Origin: Podarcis bocagei | Lineage: Eukaryota | Direction: 5' to 3' (one strand) | NCBI GenBank assembly: GCA_964188305.1 | Contig: OZ076900.1 | DNA: 64,000 nt | Shown: one piece after another, positions 49,986 through 63,599 of the stretch | Numbering within the stretch: the first letter of the stretch is position 1 | Layout of the letters: each line of letters opens with the position of its first letter | Translations under genes and position numbers: made by a program | Notes under the pieces: model-generated | Database searches by the model: none | Seen by the model: only the letters and a program-made list of their open reading frames with translations | What the model was told of the DNA's origin: nothing

Positions 49986-50478
49986 GGAAACTGAGCTAAA
50001 ACATCCATAACAGTTGGCCATCCAACCTCTGCTTAAAAACCTCCAGAAAGGAGAGTCCACCACCTCCAGAGACCATTCCACTGTCAAACAGCTCTTACTG
50101 TCAGAAAGTTCTTCCTAATGTTTAGTCAGAATCTCCCTTCTTGCAGAGTGAAGTCACTGGTTCGAGTCCTACCCTCCAGAGCAGGAGAAAAGAAGATTGC
50201 TCCATCTTCCTTTAGACATTTGAAGATGGCTATCATATCGCCTCTCAGTCTCTTCTTTTCCAGGCAAAACAGACCCCGCTCCTTCAACTGTTGCCCATAA
50301 GGCTTGCTTTGCAGACCCTTGATCATCTTGGTCACCCTCCTCTGCAAACATTCCTGCTTGTCAATATCCTTAAATTGAGGTGCCCAGAATTGGACACAGG
50401 ACTCCAGGTGGGGTCTGACCAAGGCAGAAAAGAGCAGTACTATTACTTCCCTTGATCTGGACACTATACTTCTGTTGA
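49900..50478 (-). mobile_element. CR1 LINE 3' fragment with an embedded (CA)n
   Basis: ORF 50126..50464 (SRSREVIVLLFSALVRPHLESCVQFWAPQFK..RRLRGDMIAIFKCLK) is the CR1 ORF2 C-terminus. Confidence 0.9.
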
Positions 50479-50933
50479 TATTTGCATGCTAATGAACTTC
50501 ATGCTCTACTCAGAGTCCTCTTGAGGGTTTCCCCCCTGAAAAAAGCTTATTTATTTGGCATCTGGAGGATAGTCAAATAGCCATCCAGAATATGATGTCA
50601 TCAGTCTTGAAATGACCAGGATTGCCTTCCAGCGTCTGTTGGTCACTGGTGGGTGGGGCCAGAGGCAAGAGTGGGTAGGGCACTGGATGTGACTCTCATA
50701 GTAGAGTATTTTCCAGCCACACAAAACCCAGGAATTTTGACACACCTCCCCATCCAGATAGATGGGCTGTGAGGCTGTAGCTCAGTGGTAAAGTATCTGA
50801 TTTGCATTCAAAAGGTCCCAGGTTCAATCCCCTGGCATCTCCAGGTGTGTAACCACTGTGATAATAGGCTGCTGGACCAGATGCATTACTGGCCTGACCC
50901 AGCAGCCTCTTCTCAGGTTCTTATGTTCTAGTA

Positions 50934-51069
50934 CAGGCATAGGCAAACTAGACCCTCCAGATGTTTTGAGACTACAATTCCCATCATCCCTGACCACTGG
51001 TCCTGTTAGCTAGGGATGATGGGAGTTGTAGTCCCAAAACATCTGGAGGGCCGAGTTTGCCTAGGCCTG
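50934..51069. mobile_element. 136-bp palindromic hAT MITE, related to 47975-48110
   Basis: CAGGCATAGGCAAACT...AGTTTGCCTAGGCCTG; TSD ttctagta at 50926-50933, reappearing at 51254-51261. Confidence 0.8.
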
Positions 51070-51072
51070 ATC

Positions 51073-51248
51073 CACTGGTGGAAGAGGAGTGCGGGGGGAG
51101 CGCACCGCCCCCGGCAGCACCATCCCGGCAGGGTGCCATGGCAGGTGTCGTCCCCCCCCTGCGCTGGATGCCCCACCCCCGCAGGTGGCACGCCCCGCCC
51201 CTGCCTGCTCTCCGCCCCTCAGTGCTGGAGCATGAAGCTCCGCCACTG
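51073..51248. mobile_element. GC-rich hAT MITE inserted at the end of the previous MITE
   Basis: CACTGGTGG...CCGCCACTG; TSD gcctgatc (51065-51072) / gcctgttc (51249-51256). Confidence 0.75.
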
Positions 51249-51712
51249 GCCTGTTCTAGTACCTGCAATGATACACAGAGCCACCATTAATTCCCAGAGT
51301 TTCCTGTGAAAAGGGATTGATTGTTAAACCATTCCAGGATTTGTAGCTCAGGGAGGGGAATGGGGGGGGGTTCTCCTAACAACTCTCAGCACCCTTGACA
51401 AACCATAGTTCCCAGAATTATTTAGGGGAAGCCATAACTGTTGAAAATGGTATCACAGTGCATTAAATCTATGGTGTGAATGTGGTCAAGGTTTCATGGC
51501 AATAAAAGGGGTGAAAGGGTGTCAGAAATATAATTTTTAAAAGGAAAGGAGAGCCAGCTTTTCCATATAAGTCATTCACCTCCAAAAAAGAGAGATGAGA
51601 ATGTAAGGAAGGGAAGAAAAAAAACTTGGTTGATGGGAGTTTGAAATGACATTGGAGTTACCAGTGGGTGTCACTACAGGACAAGGAGGCATTCGTTTGT
51701 GTGTCTGTGTGT

Positions 51713-51786
<74 letters not shown>

Positions 51787-54291
51787 AAAGATAGGAGGCA
51801 AGCAAGAACAGTGACTATCCGATCTGTGAAGTGGGATGGTTCAAGGGAAGCCCATTTGACATAGAACCTCCGTTACAAAATGCCCAGGAAGGGAATCCCT
51901 CCATGGCAGCTGTTAGCAAATGCAGTAGTGGGAAGAGTTTTAGTTTGGAGAGGGGTTCCCAGCAAACTTGCCTCTTACAGGTAATCAAGACTGCATTTCA
52001 AAAATTGTACGTGCGAGTCACATGCCAGAATTACTAAGCTATTGAATTTTGTTGCCACAAGAGGGAGTGACTGCCACCGATTTGGATGTCCTTTAAAAAG
52101 AGGATTAGGCAAATTCATGGAGGATACTGTTCGCTGCGATGGCCACTTAGTACTTCCATGGTCAGAGGCAGAATGCCTCTGAATACTAGTTGCAGGTGGG
52201 GAGCTTGCTTGTTGCACTTAGGTCCTGTTTGTGGGCTGGACTCTATGGGTTACAGGCTCTTCTAGTGTTCTACATCCACTTCTGGAGGCTGTCTGCCTCT
52301 GGGCTAGACCACACTCCAGCATTCCTTGCTGCTTTCCCCCAGAAAAACCTGCTGTTTCCCTCTGAATCGGAACGAACATCAATTGTTTCTTTCCTGTAGA
52401 TTGACGTTTGTTCCAATTCAGCAGTAAGCAGTGGGTTTTCCTGGGGATAGCAGCAGGACAATTTTTTAAAAAACCTGTTCATACTCATGCCTAGAAAGCA
52501 TAGGAGGGGGCAGCAAACCCATTGGTCTCATGCTTTTCTAGGCATGGGACATGCAGAAGTGTGGACAAATCCTCTAAATAACAGCTGCTGGGAATCACAG
52601 GTGCACAGAGTACAGTACTCTTGTTCTTGGGTTCTTATTGTGGGCATCTGCTTGGGCCCTGTGAGAACAAGATGCTGGACTAGATGGGCCATTGGCCTGA
52701 TCCAGAAGGCTCTTCTTAGGTTCTTATTTTGAGATCACCTGTTGCGGTTATTTACTTTATTTTTTAAATAAATTGCAACTACTCTAGTAATACTCAAAGA
52801 CTAACAAACTTAGGTTTTGGGCCTATACTTTTACTAGTTGCCTTTTACCAGAATGCCTTTGACGATGCTCTGCTGTTGAATGTCTAAGAAAACATTCCAT
52901 TTCTTAGAAGCTACACACAAGTCTCCCTTTTGAGGGGATCAAAGCATTATCTTGGTTCTGGGCAGGGTTGAGGAGTCTCTCTTCTGTCTGGGCGTCACAT
53001 TCTCAGGGTGGTAATCTGACAGGGGCCATCCTCCCCTCTCATTTCCCTCCCTTTCTTGCTGCCCCCCGTTTTCTCTCTCTCTCTGCCTCCTCTTCATTTT
53101 CTCTCTCACTGCTACCTCTTTCTCTTTCTGTCAGCCCTTTCTCTCTTCTCTATCCCTCTACCACCCTATCTAGAGAACTGTCAGAGAAGGAACAGAACAC
53201 TATTGTCAAATGCCTTCCAAACTATAGAGGACTTACCCCTCTCCACCTTCCATCACCCCATTTCTTTTGACTTTCTCTTCCTCCTCACCCCACACCTGCC
53301 CTCCTCTGGCTCTCTCCACCTTGGGAGAGGAGACCCCATTCTTAGGCCTCTCTCCCCTGCAGACATGAAAGAGCAAGAACCGGGCATCTTTTTCTATCAA
53401 GTGTGTGTTTCCTACAATAAACTTAAATTTCTTACTTTCATACTAAGGTGTGACTCAGTGTGATGGCAGTCAGGGTAAGGTATGCTCCAGGTGGATCTAT
53501 TGCTAAGCAAAGTGTCCGCTAATACATATAAACTCCAAACACTATTAGGGCATGACCTAGGGAGAGTTCTGAGGGCCAGAGAGAAGGGGGGCTGCCTCTG
53601 GCCCCCAGGTCTGGGGTTCCTGACCCCATTTTAGATAAAGATCTCGTTGCTGATGGTGCTGCTTCAAAAATAAAGCAGTCACAGTCTCCATCCAGCCCCT
53701 CTCATGATAGATGGCTTGGAAGAGTGTGGGGTGCTGCAGTAGCTGAACACATTGCAGGGTGCTTAGGGGACACAAGAGATTTCACCATTTTGATGTTTGC
53801 ATGATTCCCCCTTGCGAGTTTTATTAATAAAAACAGTGAATTATATAGCCCCCTGGCAGAACACATTATCAACTGTGTTACAGCCCGATCATTTTATCAG
53901 TCTTATCCTCACATTATCTCCCATGTTTGATTGATACAGCTGTAAGAGCCTGCTGGATCAGGCCATGTAGTGCAGCATCCTGTTCTCACAGTGGCTAAGC
54001 AGAAACCTGCAAGCAATAGCCCTCTCCCACTCTGTGGTTTCCAGCTGTGGAAGAAGAGCATAGTGAGTTACCATCGTGGCTAGCAGCCATTGAAAGCCTT
54101 CTCCTCCATGAATTTGTCTAATCCTATTTTAAAGCTGTTGAGGTTGGTGGCCATCACTGCCTCTGGTGGGAGCGAATTCTGTAAGCAGATCATTGTCTTT
54201 GTGATGGAGAGGATACTTGGTCTCCATGTGACTTTACCCCATCTCTTATGGTATGAGGCACTCTGAAGGCAGCTTCCTCCACAGAACCTTC

Positions 54292-54512
54292 TTTATTGTA
54301 ATAAACATAACTGAATTACACCTTTATTTCTACAACTGGCATAAGTGCTCCACTATACGTGCTTTTTTGTTTCATGTATTGTTTATTTTACTCACATGCT
54401 GCCTTTTTGAAAAACCAATAAACATTTTTTTTGGGGGGGATGGTCATGTTAAGCACACTTCTTTAAAAGCTGCGAATGACATAGTGTTGTTTCATTATCT
54501 GCTTCTTTTATT
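54292..54512 (-). terminator. Cluster of candidate CFAP77 poly(A) signals
   Basis: Minus-strand AATAAA at about 54507-54512, 54382-54387, 54323-54328 and 54292-54297, 0.4-0.7 kb after the CFAP77 stop. Confidence 0.4.
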
Positions 54513-54951
54513 TCACAAAAATTATACACTGCTTGATTGCAAACAGAACCTCTAAGCAGCTTACAGAAAAAAACAAGAAACCGAAACATTCAAAGTGTCA
54601 GAATGTATTTGCAGTATGAACTCTGGACTATTAGATTTGTAAGGTGCTTGGGGCAGAGACTGCCTTGGTCAGTCCTGACCTTATGCAAGCTACTACAGTA
54701 CCATTTTTTGGGTCAACAGCAGAGTTTTTTAAAAATAAAAAATGCTTCCAGTGAATTAACTGACAAATGAATTAACTGAATAAGTGTTTAATGTAGAGAC
54801 AGAAGGTACTTGGTCAATTATGAGCGTAATCAACTTCACAAATACAAACATAGACCTGAAATCTGAAACATGCAATGGAAGATTATAGTAGGATGCCCAG
54901 GCTGTGCAGAAGCTGGAGCTTTGATTCTCTGTTTTTTCCTCTGGATGATCC

Positions 54952-55080
54952 TTAGCAGGCAGTGGTGGTGTAAAGGCCCTGCGCCAGGGGCCCAAGCCTC
55001 ACAGGGATTTCTGACTGGAAGGCCTTCAGAGCCCTCTGGTACGATTCCTTGTCTTGGAAGGTGGAGAGGTGTGGACATAT
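54952..55080 (-). CDS. CFAP77: CFAP77 (C9orf171) terminal coding exon
   Basis: Acceptor catctcatttccctccag|ATA at 55081/55080, phase 0. Reads ICPHLSTFQDKESYQRALKAFQSEIPVRLGPLAQGLYTTTAC*, aligning with the recalled human C-terminus [40 protein letters not shown]. Position and strand match the known CFAP77-BARHL1 synteny. Confidence 0.88.
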   Translation of the reverse strand: MCPHLSTFQDKESYQRALKAFQSEIPVRLGPLAQGLYTTTAC

Positions 55081-55591
55081 CTGGAGGGAAATGAGATGGA
55101 CATTGGTCATATTATCGTTGTTGCTGCAATGATTTTTTAAATTTAATTTTATAATGTGCATGAAACAGAGAAAACAATTATAATGATGGACATTAAAAGA
55201 TGAAAACAAAACTATAAACTAAGCACATGGAATAAGTAAAGGACGCGTGTTCTGTTTCATCGCCAGAGGTGAAACGGTAATGTAGCTGCGCTGCTGTTGC
55301 CTCGCTTAACTGGGTTGTGTGCCGCTTGCCTGCGAAGTGGCAGCAGTAGCTTCCACTGAGAGCTTGCAAGATTTCACCAGAAGCCAGTGCTACTGCTGCT
55401 ACCAGTGGTGGGGTGGGCAGGGTCCCCATGGGGCTGCTGCCTCTTGGCCTTTTGCCACCTTAGGTGGTTTCCTTACCCCACCTGATGGGTGGACCGGTCC
55501 TGAGAAAAAGGTACACTTGCATATGGGTTGAATGACAAAGTCCAAGCCATCAATGAAGAAAGCAAGAGTAAAAGTTGCCTTCACATAAAGA

Positions 55592-55645
<54 letters not shown>

Positions 55646-56317
55646 TTGCAGATTTGCCAGGCTGCTACTGAAGGTTGTCTTGAAATGATGTTTCCACTGT
55701 ATATGCAATAAAGGAATGTCAAATCATATAGAAAGGTTCTAGTCCCTGTCAAAATATCAGATTATGCATATGTTTTTTCCATTATAAGTTGTATTCCAAT
55801 ATGAATGGTACCAAGTGCCCCATGTAAGATTTGGGGCTGTTTGCCACTGAGTTGCAATTACTATTCGAGCTGCCATGATATTATTATGCTTATTATTATT
55901 ATTATTACTTATTAGTCTCTTTTCTTACACAAAAGAACTCAAAGCAACTTACAAACATTCATTAAAACCAACATAAAACAGAGTTAAAGCTAAAAACTAA
56001 AGCACCTCCATATTCACAAAAAAGGCAGGACTAAGACATTCTACTTGGAGACAGAGGCCATAAATGAGCCATGGAAGACAAGAGGATATTTGTGTAACTT
56101 TTCAGGTGGGTTTTCGATGTGTTCCTACTAAAGTCTTTGTTACAGCACAAAGTGGCGAACCTTTTCCAGTCTGAGGGCCACATTCCCTTTCGAGTGTGCT
56201 TTCAGGGGCCACATCACAGTGGTGGGTGGGGCCAGAAGAATAGTGGGTGGAGCAATGGATGGGGTGTGAGTGGGAGCTTACTGAAAGCTGCTTTGAGTTA
56301 ATTGTATGGGGAACGTG

Positions 56318-56370
<53 letters not shown>

Positions 56371-59099
56371 GCTGCCAGGTAACATTTACATTTGTTGCTC
56401 CACCCACTTTTGCCTCTGTCCCACCCACCACCTGCACATGGTCCCTGCAAGCTTACCCAGAGGAGATTATGGCCCTCTGGCTGAAAAATGTTCCCCTCTC
56501 CTAAGTCAGGCAGAATGGGGAGCAGGTAATGGAACAGAATAGTTTTTGCCAGTGTCCCTTGAGGGTGGCTGGTAGACAGAGTAGACAACACTGGTCTTTC
56601 AACCTGATCTGAGGCAGTTCCCAAGGAGAGGTCCAAGAGAATTAAGAGGCCGACTTGTTCTTGCCTGTTTTCAATGGTGTTTCCTTGCCTCTAACTATCC
56701 AATCTGCCCATGAGGCTTCCCACCCTCTGGGAATGGTTGATTAAGTCCTTTGTCTCGGGTCCATTTTGGGAACCTTATCCTACCATCATCAACAAGGCTT
56801 AATGAACTACTCCGATACAAAGGCTAATTTTCTGATTGGCAGACGAACCTCCAGCTACAAACATAATTGTGGACATTCAGGTATTAAGTCCTCAAATCTC
56901 ATTAGAGCAGATCACTTGGCATTTTCCAAGTTAGATATCTAAATCCATAATTAGACTCCTGTATAATCAGGCTTTCCTTCTTTCTTTCTTTTTTTTTGAG
57001 GGTGAGGGTGGTGGATCTCCCTTGGCTCCCTTCGAACTAAGCAGATAGACACTGTTAGGTTCTGCATCAATGTCATTTTCAGAATATGAATTCCCAAACT
57101 GTCTGCTGTGTATGCTAAAAAAGAGGCATGTCAGAGCCTTAATAATTAGAATAATGTAAGCCCAAGGCGCCATTCACAGGGGGAAGTCTCTGTTGCATCT
57201 CTGTATGAGTCCCTGACCTGGTTTGGGCTCCTTTTTGCCAGGAATCACACCCAGTGCATGCTAAGATATGAGGAGTCAGGTAGTAGTTGTGGGTAATTGG
57301 GAGTCATGGGGAAGAAGGTAGGGAGGCCAACTGTAGGTGGAGTCAGAGCCAATGACAGGTGCAGCCATTTCCCCCCCCCCTCCGTCCTCCTCCAGCTGGT
57401 CCTCATCTACCTGCCTTCTTACATCTAGTCCAGGAGTGGCCCTTGTCTGTCAGCTTCCTCCCCCTTTGTCTCATGAGAACATCAAGAGAGCTCTGCTGGA
57501 TCAGTCCAATGGCCCATATAGTCCAGCATCCTGTTCTCACAGTGGCCAACGAGATGACTCAGTTCGAAACCCTCAACCAGAACCCAAGCAGAGAGCACTC
57601 TCCCCTCCTGTGATTTCCAGCAAACAGTACTCAGAAGCATTACTGCCCCTGACCATAGCAATCATGGCTAGTGTCCATCAAAAACCTTCTCCTCCATGAA
57701 CTTGTCTAATCCTCTTTTAAAGTCGTGTAGGTTGGTAGCCATCACTGCCTCTTGTGGGAGTGAGTTCCATAGTTTAAAAATGTGCTGCGTGAAGCAGTAC
57801 TTCCTTTTATCTGTCCAACCTCACTGGATGTCTACGAGTTATCAGGGTGGCCCTTGTAGAAATTGGCAGGGAGGTGGATGTGGAGAAATGCTTCCAAGGC
57901 AATAGATGAAAAAGGCAACCGTCAGGCTTAGTATGAGCAGCCGGCCTGGTGGAATGCCTCTAATACAGACTAACACAGTGAATCACATCCAGCCATGAAA
58001 CTCTGCTGTAGAGGCAGTGGTGGGAGAAAGTGGAAACTCTTTTACTCTGGCCAGATCATGCTGATTAGAAAGCACCAGATAGCAGTCCTATTGTTGTTTT
58101 GATACAATAAGGTCTGAAAAGGTTAGGTTTATGTGAGCATCTGTGAGCCTTTCAGCAGTAGATACTCTCTGGCTCCTGAGTCTGCCAAATAATCTCCAAA
58201 TCATTCCAGTTGTAATTCCCACATTATACTCTTGTTTGAGATTTCTCAGAGACAGTTTTTTCTTTGAATTTGTATGATCTGGTTTGTTTCTTGGGAGCAA
58301 AATGCCTGCCTGGGCACGAACATTCCTAGTCTCAGCACCAGAGAGGAATAATGCCATTTATTTATTTCTCTGGAAAAAAATGAGAGCTTCTCTCATTATT
58401 AGGGGCACTTGAAAAGTATGGATTAATCCCAGGTCAGTCGTTAAAGCCACAGCAAGGGAACTTGAGGTTAGAGGTCTGTATCTGACAGCAGAAAGCGACA
58501 GGATTGTGCATTAAAACTGTCAGACCCTAATCACCCCTTGTTCTGCTTCTAAACTCTGTATTGGAAAATAAAATGACATTTACTCTGTAACCCTTCTCTC
58601 CCCAGCTGTGACACACACACGTATACCCTGCCAAATGTGTTGGTGGGATCCTGAAATCCACAGCTCTGGCTGCTTTGATAGTGGACACTCGGGGCCAATG
58701 GTGTAAACCACCCGTCTCTTCTTAACACAGGAATGTGGAGGTGGGCTTTTTTCACTGATAGCACCATTGTTGTGCAATGCCTACCCTGCAGAAATGGGAG
58801 AGCCCCATCAGCACTGGCATTCCCCTGGCTATTGAAGTCATGCCTGTTTAGACAACTGTTCCCCTGACCTCCAACTTGACCTGAACCTTCTCAATGAATA
58901 ATTTCAATTGTTGTATTGTCTTGCTATGCTGTTTAAAGGTTTGTTGTATTGTAAACTTTGATTTTTGAGGTTTTAAACATTCTGGCAGAATTTTTTTTCT
59001 TGTATATTTTAATTACTTGCAGATTTATTTTTACCAGCAGTTTTACACTTTTAAACCTCTTAGAAGCCTTTTTGGCATGTAGGTGATATATAAATTAAT

Positions 59100-59650
59100 T
59101 GTTGTCATCATTCTGACCATGGCTTCACTGTGATTGTCGGCTTTCACCACTGGAAAATCCCATAGAACATCAGGTTCCATCAGTCTCCTGGGAGATGGAC
59201 CTTCCAAACAGGTCTACCACCCTAACAAGGGATGTGATTGCCACCACCAATCCAAATTTTGCCAGATGGTGCTCAGACCATAGCAGTGTGACATCAGCAT
59301 CCCGTACCCTCAAGCCATCCCTCACATCACTCTGAGCAGAGACTAAATCATGCCCGGCTCAGTGTTTTAGATAGATGACAATTTGAGACAGTGTAATGGT
59401 TGCCATGAAGACTGTGAAGTCCTGAGCTGGTCTAGCAACAGCCTCTGCATGGATGTTAAATTCACCCAGGATCATTGATCATAGGTGGGCAGAGTCAATC
59501 ACCTGTTAATGACATTGACGGCTGCCATGATATTAGGTAGTCCACTTTCCTTTGCTGTGGAGGTTGTACTCAGGCTGGTTGTGTAGGAAGTTCCCAGCTA
59601 GGATTGGCTGCCTGTCAGACTTCCCAGTTCCCTGGAGTCCTGTGTATCCC
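59100..59650 (-). mobile_element. Old L2 LINE endonuclease-region fragment
   Basis: Minus-strand ILGEFNIHAEAVARPAQDFTVFMATITLSQ resembles the L2 APE 'LGDFNIH' motif. Confidence 0.6.
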
Positions 59651-60215
59651 AGTAAGGCTAGGACTCTAAGAGGTCCATTTGTATTAGAATACAAACAGAT
59701 TAGATTCCATGGAAACCCCTAGTGTTAGGGGCAGAACAAAGTACCAGGAGCATGAAACACATCCCTAAGCCACCCCTGTACTTAAAAAAAAATAACAGTT
59801 GTAGCAAAATAATGCTTTAAAATGATAAAACAAGCACATCCCAGGTTCGGATAAGTCAGTCAATATTTGTGGTTTTATTTTTCAGGAAGTCTAAACTTGT
59901 TGCTGGCTTTGGAACAAGGACATTTGAGGGTGCCTAGAATGGAGAGCTTTTGATTTCTGATGAAATTTCTGCAGGATTTTAACCACTCTCATACGCATTT
60001 CAAGGGTTGGACTAGAATGCTCTTTGAGTCCCCTCCAATACCTGATTCTATGATTCAGGACCAAATCCAATAATCTCATCAAGTACATTATGAAAATAAA
60101 CTTGTCTCTGTGTGTAAATAATGTGTATAACATTACTCATGATTTGGGTGCAACCCCCCTCCCCAAAATCAGGCATTCTAGTATGTAACTGAGTCAAAGT
60201 ACAACTGCTTCTCCT

Positions 60216-60394
60216 CAGTGGCGGAGTTAGCTGCATGGGTGCTCGGAGTGGGGGCCATGCCGTGTACCTGGTGGGGGGGAGCTGCCACGCACGGGGTCAG
60301 CGGGGCGAGCCCCTCGCGGTGTGCCTTTTGTCACTCCCCTCATGGATGACACCTAGGGCAGACCGCCCCCACCGCCCCCCTTCCTACACCCCTG
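60216..60394. mobile_element. GC-rich hAT MITE
   Basis: CAGTGGCGGAG...CTACACCCCTG; perfect TSD cttctcct (60208-60215 / 60395-60402). Confidence 0.85.
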
Positions 60395-60464
60395 CTTCTC
60401 CTCTTGCCCACCCCATCAGAGACTTAACACCTGTACACCAGGGTGGGGTGGGAGACACTTAAGA

Positions 60465-60685
60465 AGCCAGTGTGGTCTAGTAGTTTGAGTATTGGTCTAG
60501 GACCCAGGAGACCAGGGTTCAAATCCCCACTTGGCCATGAAGATCACTGGGTGATCCTGGGCCAGTCACTGTTTCTCAGCCTAACCTACCTCACAGGGTT
60601 GTTGCGGGGATTAAATGAGGAGGGGGAGAACCGTGGATCACATTGAGATCCATGGTGGAATGGTGGGACGTAAATGCAATAAAGA
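60465..60685 (+). mobile_element. Second tRNA-derived SINE family (another copy at about 62620-62810, minus)
   Basis: gtggtctagtagttt..ggttcaaatcccc..gggccagtcact..cctcacagggttgttg..attaaatgagg. Confidence 0.7.
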
Positions 60686-61769
60686 CAGGCAATTCCCTCT
60701 TTGTGCGGGAGTTGTGTTCTGGTTCATTGTGATTGTCAGCAGTTGTGTATAAGCCCATTCCACCCCTGCCCTCTTCCGGGGCCAAAAACTGCGTGGGCAT
60801 CAGTGGTCACGTGTCAAACAGACACACACAGAATGGTCACCGCCTGTAGATTAAATAAATACATAAACTCTGCTACTGCATAGTAAGAATGAAAACAAAA
60901 TCTCCCCCTAAACAAAAACCAGGAGCAGTGTTTTTGTTTTTGTTTTACCAGGGACAGGAACACAAAAATCTAGGAAAATCGCTCTTCTAGGTAGGTTTGC
61001 GAATTTTTATATTGGATCATTCCTATACAGATTGACCTGACTTGCCCCCCTCAGCCTGATGTGCAAATGTGATCTTAAATATGCACTAGGAATCACAGTT
61101 ACGATAGGCTTAAGGGCAAACACACATGCAAGTGGTGCGATTTGGCCCTCCCTAGACCATGCCAAGCCAGGAGAGCTGGGAATGGTGTGCTCTGAATATT
61201 TTGTGCCAAATTCCCTTCTGATGTCTCAATGCGCGAGGAAGATGCACAGCCAGACAGAAAACACTGAAATGGTGATGTGCCCCTCATCCCACAAAACAAA
61301 ACAAACCTCTCTTATCCACAGAAAAAGTAGCAGATTGTGAAGATAAGCCAAGCTAGATCCTGACTTCGTGACGTGCTAGCTTTCCCAGGGCGGTGAGTTT
61401 TTGATGTGGCGGGGAACGCACAACTCCCTGCCTCCTGCATACCATGAGCATTCCTCCTGAATGCATACATTGCTCCGGAGTGCTTGAGGCCCTCTGCCTC
61501 TGGCCTCATAGGGCTGGCACTTGTTGTGAGTGTTTTGTTGCTGTTGTTGTTAAAGCACCTACTAATTTGAGTTTCTTCCCTGGCAAACCCATCTCTTATT
61601 TTTGTGGCCTGGGGGAGTTTAAAGACACGAGGCCTTTATCGGAGAAGGGAACAACAGTGTCGCCCCTGGAACCCGGAAACACACAGATGTGCTCAGGTAC
61701 ACACCCTATACCACATCTCTCTGTATATATACACACACACACGGATGCAAATGATATCCGCAAAAGCCA

Positions 61770-62440
61770 TCACTTGTGAGGCTTGGCAGAAAATAATGAG
61801 AAACACTAAATCTTTTATAAGGTCAACACTCGAGCAGCTGTCAAACAAGAAAAGATTTTAGCGGGAAAGGCGGGAGGAGAAAAAAAACTTCCATCGCCTC
61901 ATTAAGCCCTACAAGCCTGGGCCTGGCGTGGTGAGGAGACGCCGGGGCGCCTCCGTTTTGTGTCAGTAATTTGTGGCGGAGGAGGCGGAGGTACCGTGCA
62001 ACAGCCAGTGCCGAAGGGGCCTAGGGGGAAGCTGGGGGATCGTTAGCGCGCCAGGCGCGGCCTCGGTTCCTAATTGGAACCATTGGGCATTATCAACGGA
62101 GATTTTGCTTCGGATGCCTGACAGCTAGCGTGGCCCAGAATGATCGCCCACTTGTCAGTGTAAAAGACCATTAAAAACAGACCATTTTGATTTAATTGGA
62201 GGCGGTGCGCTGGGGGGCTCAGGTGAGGAGCCTCATCAGCTGATGGCGGCTGCGGAGGTCCTTTTAAAAAAATCCTTGGTATTGATGTGTTCTCAGCCTT
62301 CTCTACCCCGCCCCCCCGTCCCTTCAAACCCCCCTCTTTTTCATAAACTGTCTGGGAGTGAAAGATCGGTCTCCACCACGCCAAGAGCCACCTTCAATAG
62401 GGTTGTCAACAAATGCTGTGACAAGTGGCAGAGAGCATGG
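61770..62440. promoter_or_regulatory. CpG-rich candidate enhancer in the last CFAP77 intron
   Basis: Isolated CpG-rich unique sequence with TAATTGG twice, CAGCTG twice and TGTCA/TGACAG sites. Confidence 0.55.
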
Positions 62441-63599
62441 TAGCAGGTATTTAAAAATATATATATTTGAGAAAGCTGATGTTATCTCTGTCCGCAACAG
62501 AACCAAACTCAGCAAAAGTACATGCCCTTGGGCCACTGTTGGTCAGTCCCTCTCTTATAACTGTACCCTTTTTGGCACCTGATAGAAGCATTTTTGTTTA
62601 GGCAAGCCTATTATAATCTATTGCATTTATATCCCACCACTTCCCCCGTTGAGTTCACGGTGGATACATGGCTCGCACCTCCTCATTTAATCCCCACAAC
62701 AACCCTGTGAGGTAGGCTAGGCCTAGAGGCAGTGACTGGCCCCAAAGTGAATGGGGATTTGAACCCTGGTATTCCAAGTCCTAGTCCAACATGCCAACCA
62801 TTATGGCGCACTGACTCAGATGTTTAGAAAGCTGATGTGAATTTAATCTGCTTTTTTGGTCTAAATTTTATGAGATAAATAATAGTGAATAATGCCAGAA
62901 CTTGAGTGTTGGAAGTTTCCAGGTGGAAGAAAGGCAATACTTGTTCACACTGTTCACACTTATACTATGGAATTCACTCCCTCAGTAGATAGTGATGGTC
63001 ACCAGGTTTGGATGGCTTTAAGAGAAGATTATACAAATTAATGAAGGATGATGCTATTGATGACTAATGTGGCCCCTGCAAGGTTGCCCCAAAGGTAATG
63101 CCGCCCTTGGGCTGAAACACGCTCCTCATCCCTGAAACAAGAGGCCTGTCCCTGCAAACAGGACACATGGACTGCCTCATGTGTTCCCTCAATATTCACA
63201 AACTCCCCTTACGAAATTTTCATATGAGATGGCTTGTCAATGAGTCCCCTTCTGAAACAGTTCCATCATGTAGAAAGAAGAGAAAATGCAAACTTCCAAC
63301 AGTAAGCAAGACAACCTATACTGACCCACTGGGTAGAAACTCCAACTCATTTTAAAACAAAACAAAACAAAACAGACTTTTAATTTCCTGACATGACAGG
63401 CCCAGGAGGATGGTGTGAGCTCTGCTTGTTGACTGAGTTCTAAAATATCACACCCCTCCTTCTGAGAAATTGAGGAAATGTAAAATACATTGTCCCTCTC
63501 TCTGTGTGTGCGTGTGTTAAACTTCCATTGTTTGTTTTCAAGAAGAATGCGGATGTGAGTTAGTATCAGTTCCTGCAGTGGGTGTCAAATTCTGATGAC

